Of a DNA stretch of 64,000 bases, positions 63,427 through 64,000 are shown piece by piece. The DNA is from Bifidobacterium breve (GTDB taxonomy: Bacteria > Actinomycetota > Actinomycetes > Nanopelagicales > Nanopelagicaceae), in contig CAMCPZ010000002.1 in the NCBI GenBank assembly GCA_945876865.1, positions 16,548-80,547 of the forward strand. The letters run 5' to 3'. Each line of letters starts with the position of its first letter. Positions within the stretch are counted from its first letter, which is position 1. The notes under the pieces were generated by a model, which ran no database searches, was not told the DNA's origin, and saw nothing but the letters and a program-made list of their open reading frames with translations. Made by a program: the position numbers and the translations under genes.

Positions 63427-64000
63427 ATGACGGACATCAACCCAACCGAAGTAGCCCAAGCTGTTACATCTGGCGAATCAAACTTAAGCGCTGCATCTGC
63501 GCTAATTGGGGATCCATCCAAATTCGGTCGCGTTGACCAAGATGGAACTGTTTACGTCCTCACTCCATCCGGAGAAAAACCAGTCGGTTCATATCCTGGA
63601 AAGAGTCCGGAAGAAGCGCTCGCATATTTCGTTCGCAAGTTTGAAGCTGTTGCCTCAGAAGTCGCACTACTTGCCGCTCGCATTAAGAGCGGTGCAATGG
63701 TGCCATCCGATGCAGCTGAAGCTGTAGTTAAACTGCGCGAGACTGTTGCAAATCTAAATGGCGTTGGTGACCTTGCAACACTTGCGGCATCGGTAGAGCA
63801 AATTCCAAATCTAATTGAGGATCATCGCGCCGCATATCAAGAGCGCAAGGATATTGAATCTGCAGTTCGCGAAGCTAAGCGTGCGGCATCTCTCATTGTT
63901 AAAGAGAAGTTAGTTGCCGAAGCTGAATCGCTCGCACTTTCTGAGAGTTGGAAGACCACAAGCGAGCGTTTGAAGGTTCTCCTCGACGAATGGAAAGCTG
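63427..64000 (+). CDS. DUF349 domain protein (3' end beyond the window; absent from the ORF track)
   Basis: Hand translation MTDINPTEV...DPSKFGRVDQDGTVYV...VGSYPGKSPEEALAYFVRKF...; open to the window end; usual position divergent from MBL-hisS. Confidence 0.85.
   Translation, partial: MTDINPTEVAQAVTSGESNLSAASALIGDPSKFGRVDQDGTVYVLTPSGEKPVGSYPGKSPEEALAYFVRKFEAVASEVALLAARIKSGAMVPSDAAEAVVKLRETVANLNGVGDLATLAASVEQIPNLIEDHRAAYQERKDIESAVREAKRAASLIVKEKLVAEAESLALSESWKTTSERLKVLLDEWKA

Noticed and set aside
63506-63727. 73-aa + strand ORF in the ORF track
   Set aside because: It is an out-of-frame overlap of the DUF349 gene that starts at 63427

Overview
Gene-dense core-chromosome segment of a genome-streamlined, moderate-GC actinobacterium; the compactness and gene content resemble freshwater acI/Nanopelagicales (taxonomy is my inference). 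It carries about 63 CDSs and one tRNA-Leu(GAG): ftsR-DUF151-MerR-gcvP, then ppm1-lnt-exonuclease-helY-tatCA-pafCB, FKBP, trmI, metH, the mshC cluster, serB, hisGE, rpe-rsmB-fmt-def-priA-metK-coaBC-rpoZ, the pyr operon, bldD, nusB-efp, aro genes, mltG-ruvX-alaS and aspS-hisS. I found no mobile elements, prophage or CRISPR. The most notable observations are: (1) an in-frame fusion of the nucleoid protein mIHF to guanylate kinase, followed by AT-rich phased tandem repeats before rpoZ; (2) a 28-bp dif-like site (4455-4482) exactly where gene orientation flips, with one arm inside the last codons of ppm1; (3) a BldD orthologue with an intact c-di-GMP motif; (4) absence of the Pup-proteasome genes from their usual locus while pafBC is kept, with an inverted FKBP that may have two start sites; (5) a recurrent leaderless-promoter signature; (6) a composite FtsR/WhiA-like promoter. 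All calls come from reading the sequence and recalling families; no searches were run.
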